A stretch of DNA of 64,000 nucleotides, from the sequence record NC_070990.1. One strand, given 5' to 3'. Under the pieces are notes generated by a model, which had not been told where the DNA came from, ran no database searches, and worked only from the letters and a program-made list of their open reading frames with translations. Positions 60,113-64,000 of the stretch are shown here, one piece after another. Within the stretch, counting starts at the first letter, position 1. Each line of letters starts with the position of its first letter. This DNA is from Escherichia phage MN03. Position numbers and translations under genes: made by a program.

Positions 60113-61309
60113 TTAGTAGTTTACAACAGTGCCATCATTCAGGGTAAGACTGTTAATCTGCAACACACGACCAAGCTGGCGATCACCAATCGGTGCATTC
60201 CACCCAGAGCGGTAGAAGTTACGACCACAGAAGAACAAGATCACATTACTTGCTACAGTTGAACCATTCTCAGGATGCTTGATGTTAGCGATATAATAAC
60301 CACGACGCAGATTACGACGGGTTACCGGGTTGATCTCTAACCCTTGTTCTTCAACTTGCATTGTTTCAGGAACAGGTTCCGAAGACTCTTCAGCAACTGG
60401 CTCAGCTGCCAATGCAGAGTTTTCGTCATCTGCCGATTCAGCAAATTCTTCTTCCACTTCTTCAACAGGCAGTTCGTAAGCAACGCGGTAGTCAGGATCA
60501 ACACCAGAGAAGCTCTTAACAAACTCAACAATATTGTGAGTGTAAGTTTCCAGAGTTGTTCCAGTCAGTCCCGGAGCTGTGTTAACTTCCAGAACCCAAG
60601 CGTTAGTATTTTTACTAATCAGGTCAACAGCACCGAAGTTCAAACCCAGAGCAGATACAGCTTTGTGGGCTTGAATCAGAACCTGATCAGGCGGCGCATC
60701 TTGGAAGTTTGAGGAATAAACCCAACCAGTATGATGGTTTCGAACGTCTTCACGATAGGAAGGATCTTCACGATAACCATTACGGCGAATCTTTTTCTGA
60801 ACATAGGTGATAACACCTTCAAACACATGAACACGCCATTCACGACGTGGGCCTAGAATGCCACGGGTATAGAGAGGGGCGGGAGCTACACCTTCACCCT
60901 GAAGACGAACAGTGATGCCTTCTCCAGAATGACCATTCAGAATAGCACGTTCATAAACAACACTATCCAGAGTCCACTCTGAAGCCTGAGCAGCACTGTT
61001 TGTGTATTCTACAGTATGTACCCCAGCAGCTTCCAAAGTTTGAAATGCTGTCATTTTGTTAGCGGCTCGGTTCAAGGCAACCACAGAGTTCAATACAGTT
61101 GCACCGCCAAAGAAAGAATCATTATATCGACGGTTTCCGTAGTTGACAACAATATCACCAACTCGAGAACGATAACGAGAACCCTCTGATACCAGAGACA
61201 TTACGTTAGCATTTAGTCGAAGTTCCTGAATCTTAGTGTTAATTGCAGAAGTAAGTTCACGAACTGAATCAGAAGGGCCATAAGGAAGAACACGGATACG
61301 AGTAGTCAT
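60113..61309 (-). CDS. ATP-grasp-fold ligase with acidic linker and extra C-terminal domain (398 aa)
   Basis: EWRVHVFEGVITYVQKK and GLNFGAVDLISKNTNAWVLEVNTAPGL match ATP-grasp core motifs. Confidence 0.7.
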   Translation of the reverse strand: MTTRIRVLPYGPSDSVRELTSAINTKIQELRLNANVMSLVSEGSRYRSRVGDIVVNYGNRRYNDSFFGGATVLNSVVALNRAANKMTAFQTLEAAGVHTVEYTNSAAQASEWTLDSVVYERAILNGHSGEGITVRLQGEGVAPAPLYTRGILGPRREWRVHVFEGVITYVQKKIRRNGYREDPSYREDVRNHHTGWVYSSNFQDAPPDQVLIQAHKAVSALGLNFGAVDLISKNTNAWVLEVNTAPGLTGTTLETYTHNIVEFVKSFSGVDPDYRVAYELPVEEVEEEFAESADDENSALAAEPVAEESSEPVPETMQVEEQGLEINPVTRRNLRRGYYIANIKHPENGSTVASNVILFFCGRNFYRSGWNAPIGDRQLGRVLQINSLTLNDGTVVNY

Positions 61310-61311
61310 TG

Positions 61312-61536
61312 TTAGATACCTTTAAGTTTAAGAATTTCGTTACGAGTTTTTTGAATCTGAGCTTCAATTTCGAAGTAGTCATTGAACGCATCGTTCTCTA
61401 CTTCATCGGATGGTGCATCAATCAGACCGAAAGCGAACGGATACAGCTTTCGCTGCTCCGTTACTAATTCGATATGAACTCCTATGTAATACTGTAGGAG
61501 AGTAATCTTCGGTTTCTTAGGAACCAGATTTGACAT
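61312..61536 (-). CDS. Hypothetical small protein (74 aa)
   Basis: ORF track; between ATP-grasp and amidotransferase genes. Confidence 0.4.
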   Translation of the reverse strand: MSNLVPKKPKITLLQYYIGVHIELVTEQRKLYPFAFGLIDAPSDEVENDAFNDYFEIEAQIQKTRNEILKLKGI

Positions 61537-61750
61537 GAGGTTCTACCTTAATGCCTTTGATTTTTACATAATCAGCAAGCACGTTGTTGATCACCGTTGG
61601 GAAAGGAACCTCAACCTGTGTTTCAAGTACTTGACCAATACCAGCTTGCATCCACTTTTGGATTGCACGAAGGTTATCACATCCTGTGCTCGTCATCGGG
61701 ATACGTCGAGTAGTTACAACGTTATCCAGCATCATCTTACGAATTTCCAT
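61517..61750 (-). CDS. Hypothetical small protein (77 aa)
   Basis: ORF track; between ATP-grasp and amidotransferase genes. Confidence 0.4.
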   Translation of the reverse strand: MEIRKMMLDNVVTTRRIPMTSTGCDNLRAIQKWMQAGIGQVLETQVEVPFPTVINNVLADYVKIKGIKVEPHVKSGS

Positions 61751-61752
61751 AC

Positions 61753-63783
61753 TTAACCTCTATTCAATGAACATTTAGGAGAATTACAATAAACTTGATT
61801 CATAGAACCAAGCGTACAACTTTCAGCATCGCGCCACGGAATCTGCTTAAAACACTCTGAGCAGTAGCCGAGGGTTGACCACATTGCTTTGGTGAAGTCA
61901 GTGCTTCGGTTTCCGTCGAAGCTGACGACAGTTTTGCGGAGAGCTGTTCGTGATTCAGGAAACACACCTGCTTTCTCAGCAGGTTCCTCCTTTTTTGGCT
62001 TAGTTGAGATTGCAAAAATACTGTTGCTACGTTTCTCAACATAAGCATCAACAACATCCTCCAGAGTGATGCCTGTCTGTTTCGCTGAGGAAGGTAATAC
62101 AGTCATACGACCGATCATATCTTCAGTTACACGTAAAGCGAATTCAGGACGACGGGCGTTTGTTGTATCTGTTGCTTTAATCCAGACATAACCATCTTTG
62201 ATCGTAGCATTAGACACTTTCTTCTTTACTTCTACAGCGCAGACTTTACAGATATCTTCACCACGAAGACGACTAAGTTCATCATCGAACTCATTCTCTG
62301 TTTTAACTTCACCGCAGATTTCACAAACACCAATAGGAGTTTCCTCCTCTTCTTCCTCTTTAGGTTTAGTCAAACCTTCCAGACATTCAGGATGCCAATA
62401 GCACTGATATGCGAAGACTGCTTTAGGTGCATCCTTCCAATCAATGTGCTTATCACAACCACCACAATCACCATGAGAGTGCGCTTCCCAGAATTTACGA
62501 GTGATAGTAACACCATTCTTGTTGACGAAACTATCATTCATATCAAAAGGGATATCATCATCGAAGTCAGCAGTAGTTGACTCAGGCTCCTTTTTCTCCA
62601 GAGATGGGTCAACAAAACGACCTGCTGTGATCACTAAACGGACCATAGCATTGACTTCGGAGATGCAGGATACTGTCCCACGGTAAACAATTTTAGGGTC
62701 TTTCAGGGCATCCTGATAAGCCTTAATGTCTACGTTATGAACATCACCTTCGATATACTCTTGAGATTTCTCATCGTAGATATAACCAATCATCTTACCA
62801 CGAGAAGGAACAGCACCGGCAGTTGCATAAGGAACAAACTCATGCGGAGTGATTTCCACAGTCATATCGCGGCGAATATCAATGTTTCGATCGCTTGCGA
62901 TTTTGTTTTGACTTACCACTGCGTTTCTTCGACGAACGTCTGCCGCTGTCACACCCGGCTTCGTGTCGTAAGGATTGCTTGTACTGCTTTTTGAGGAACT
63001 TTGATAGTTGCTTTGGCTGTAATTGTTCGAGTAGTAATTGCCCCAACGATTGACTACCGTAAAAACCGGAAGCTCGTGGGCGACCTCTTCAACCAGTGTC
63101 ATGCTGTTATTAGACATGTCAAAGATATACTCTGTACCAACTTTACACTCAAAATGCTCATCAATACGGTTCTTGTGAGACTTCGAACGCTTCAGAATCC
63201 ACATCAGCATATCTTCTTCAGAAGCGCCAAACCAATCTCTGTTACAACGTGCGAGATGGAAAGGACGTTCTTCGTTACGAATGATATGAAGGCGGTTATC
63301 AGAAGCATCATGCCAGATTAAGGTGAAAGCACCATCCAGCTTTTGAATAGTCTCTGCTGCACCAATAGTGTTAATAGAGTGGCAGATGTTCTCACTATCT
63401 ACCTCGAAGTTTTTACTGTCAGGTAACAGGTCTTGGTCCATCAAGGTTCCATTATGAACCAGAGTGATGTTACCATGTTGGAAAGGATGGGCGTTCTTGG
63501 CGTTAACTGCACCTTTCGTTGCATGACGGCTGTGACCAACAATCCATGAAGGCGCTACAGTGTACGCTGTTTCACCAGTGGTATGCTTCTTGTACTCATC
63601 TTGTAGGATGAATGCGAAAGAAGGAAGAGCTTCTTTATAAGTGAAGACTTCCTTAGTGCTTTTACGCTGACCAAAGATACCTGAGGAATGTTGTCCTCGG
63701 AATACTCCAGCATAAAAGAGTTGGTTGAATACGTCTAAATCAGTGCTTGACAGATTACCGCCAGCTAATACGATGCCACAAAT
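61753..63783 (-). CDS. Class-II (Ntn-type) glutamine amidotransferase domain protein with ~450-aa Cys-rich C-terminal region; probable ATT start (~676 aa)
   Basis: ORF track ORF 61753..63444 stays open upstream to a TAG at 63787-63789; N-terminus (I/M)CGIVLAGG...RGQHSSGI...GHSRHATKG...AHPF...HNGTL...DSENI matches PurF/GlmS-type GATase II with Cys directly after the start; AGGTGG SD 8 nt upstream of ATT. Confidence 0.6.
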   Translation of the reverse strand: MCGIVLAGGNLSSTDLDVFNQLFYAGVFRGQHSSGIFGQRKSTKEVFTYKEALPSFAFILQDEYKKHTTGETAYTVAPSWIVGHSRHATKGAVNAKNAHPFQHGNITLVHNGTLMDQDLLPDSKNFEVDSENICHSINTIGAAETIQKLDGAFTLIWHDASDNRLHIIRNEERPFHLARCNRDWFGASEEDMLMWILKRSKSHKNRIDEHFECKVGTEYIFDMSNNSMTLVEEVAHELPVFTVVNRWGNYYSNNYSQSNYQSSSKSSTSNPYDTKPGVTAADVRRRNAVVSQNKIASDRNIDIRRDMTVEITPHEFVPYATAGAVPSRGKMIGYIYDEKSQEYIEGDVHNVDIKAYQDALKDPKIVYRGTVSCISEVNAMVRLVITAGRFVDPSLEKKEPESTTADFDDDIPFDMNDSFVNKNGVTITRKFWEAHSHGDCGGCDKHIDWKDAPKAVFAYQCYWHPECLEGLTKPKEEEEEETPIGVCEICGEVKTENEFDDELSRLRGEDICKVCAVEVKKKVSNATIKDGYVWIKATDTTNARRPEFALRVTEDMIGRMTVLPSSAKQTGITLEDVVDAYVEKRSNSIFAISTKPKKEEPAEKAGVFPESRTALRKTVVSFDGNRSTDFTKAMWSTLGYCSECFKQIPWRDAESCTLGSMNQVYCNSPKCSLNRG

Positions 63784-63862
63784 TTTCTAATCCACCTGAA
63801 GGGTAAACCCTTTCATCTAATTAACCTTTAAATTGTGCCCCTTTGTCAGAGGCACCCATTGA

Positions 63863-64000
63863 TTACAGCGCTTGCTCTAACTGATTTTCCAGATGGTCTG
63901 GAATGTACCCTGTGATATTGCTATCACTGTGACCAGACTCACGTAGTAAGTCAAAAATAGCACGGATACGTTGTTCTGGAGCGTGTCTTACTTGAGATAG
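63863..64000 (-). CDS. C-terminal end of an upstream gene (partial, start beyond window end)
   Basis: Open minus-strand frame ending ...PDHLENQLEQAL with stop at 63863-63865. Confidence 0.3.
   Translation of the reverse strand, partial: LSQVRHAPEQRIRAIFDLLRESGHSDSNITGYIPDHLENQLEQAL

Overview
This 64-kb window reads as a large part of a virulent tailed-phage genome; I saw no integrase or repressor. From memory it best fits the phiEco32-like (Kuravirus-type) enterobacterial podophages. All calls are from reading motifs by eye on the supplied ORF track; no database search, HMM or RNA-folding run was possible. Layout: (i) 1-6006, leftward small genes including secreted and membrane proteins, plus an ORF-free 1.8-kb stretch; (ii) 6872-37015, rightward packaging and virion module (terminase, portal, scaffold, major capsid with a probable -1 frameshift Ig-like extension, tail fibres, GH24 lysozyme, SLT-domain protein, very large internal proteins); (iii) 37100-64000, leftward replication, nucleotide-metabolism and host-takeover module (HNH, FEN-type exonuclease, kinase, sigma factor, macro domain, spanins, SSB, family-A DNA polymerase with a separately encoded 3'-5' exonuclease, PhoH, ThyX-like, thioredoxin, Dps-like, dCTP deaminase, CCA-type nucleotidyltransferase, primase-helicase). 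The most interesting candidate for an undescribed system is the cluster at 59187-63783: a class-II glutamine amidotransferase, an ATP-grasp ligase and a gamma-glutamyl-cyclotransferase-like protein. A TAATGTATA promoter-like element recurs in front of several genes, consistent with the phage-encoded sigma factor.
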